From Thermoleophilia bacterium (GTDB lineage: Bacteria > Actinomycetota > Thermoleophilia > Gaiellales > Gaiellaceae), in the NCBI GenBank assembly GCA_009694305.1, contig SHVL01000003.1, positions 1,508 to 65,507 of the forward strand: 64,000 nt of DNA, written 5' to 3'. The translations under genes and the position numbers were made by a program. The stretch's first letter is position 1, and every line of letters begins with the position of its first letter. The notes below the pieces were generated by a model. That model did not search any database, was not told the origin of the DNA, and worked only from the letters and a program-made list of their open reading frames with translations. Of the stretch, positions 63,941-64,000 are shown piece by piece.

Positions 63941-64000
63941 CGGATCCTCGGGCTCCCATTCGAACCCGTCTTCTCTCGGCGGGTCGGGAACCTCGGCTAC

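Noticed and set aside
1-64000. CRISPR arrays, IS elements, integrases, prophage or defence islands.
   Set aside because: No repeat-spacer periodicity, terminal inverted repeats, transposase/integrase-like translations or GC-skewed islands were seen. The only tandem repeats are short intragenic ones (12 bp twice, 9 bp three times, and a Thr/Pro linker).

Overview
This 64-kb window is about 70% GC and almost fully coding. I call about 65 CDS, many joined by 4-nt ATGA or GTGA stop/start overlaps. Gene content looks like the chromosomal core of an actinobacterium-like organism, which is an inference. Left to right:
- ECF sigma fragment with a partner membrane protein.
- A membrane protein, GAF histidine kinase and ANTAR response regulator operon.
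- glnA divergent from a P-II-like gene and a disrupted amt.
- argC-J-B-D-R-H.
- ilvB-N-C, then hom-thrC-thrB-rhodanese-ilvD.
- A peroxiredoxin, an SDR, and a GlcF/GlcD-like oxidase operon.
- A SAM-I riboswitch in front of a second ThrC-like gene that runs into leuC-D-B, followed by pheA.
- A kinase-fhaA-fhaB-pstP-rodA-pbpA-pknB-ddl cell-wall cluster.
- gabT, pdxH and dcd.
- sufS-sufU-Rieske.
- A heme O synthase fusion behind a degenerate heme-copper oxidase subunit I.
- A DrrAB-like ABC exporter, an L,D-transpeptidase and a molybdopterin oxidoreductase.

I saw no rRNA, tRNA, CRISPR array, transposase or integrase.

The most interesting observations are:
1. Matched intrinsic-terminator modules sit in the 5' leaders of the divergent glnA and P-II/amt units, next to an ANTAR two-component system.
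2. A clear SAM-I aptamer controls a zinc-ribbon ThrC paralogue, suggesting an O-phosphohomoserine route to homocysteine.
3. A CtaD-like protein keeps its heme ligands but has lost CuB, Mg-site and proton-channel residues, and is coupled to a CtaB with an extra 4-TM domain.
4. The amt gene carries several lesions and the P-II-like protein is shortened.
5. A 330-nt structured non-coding spacer lies downstream of the suf genes.

All family assignments come from reading the translations and from motifs recalled from memory. No searches were run.
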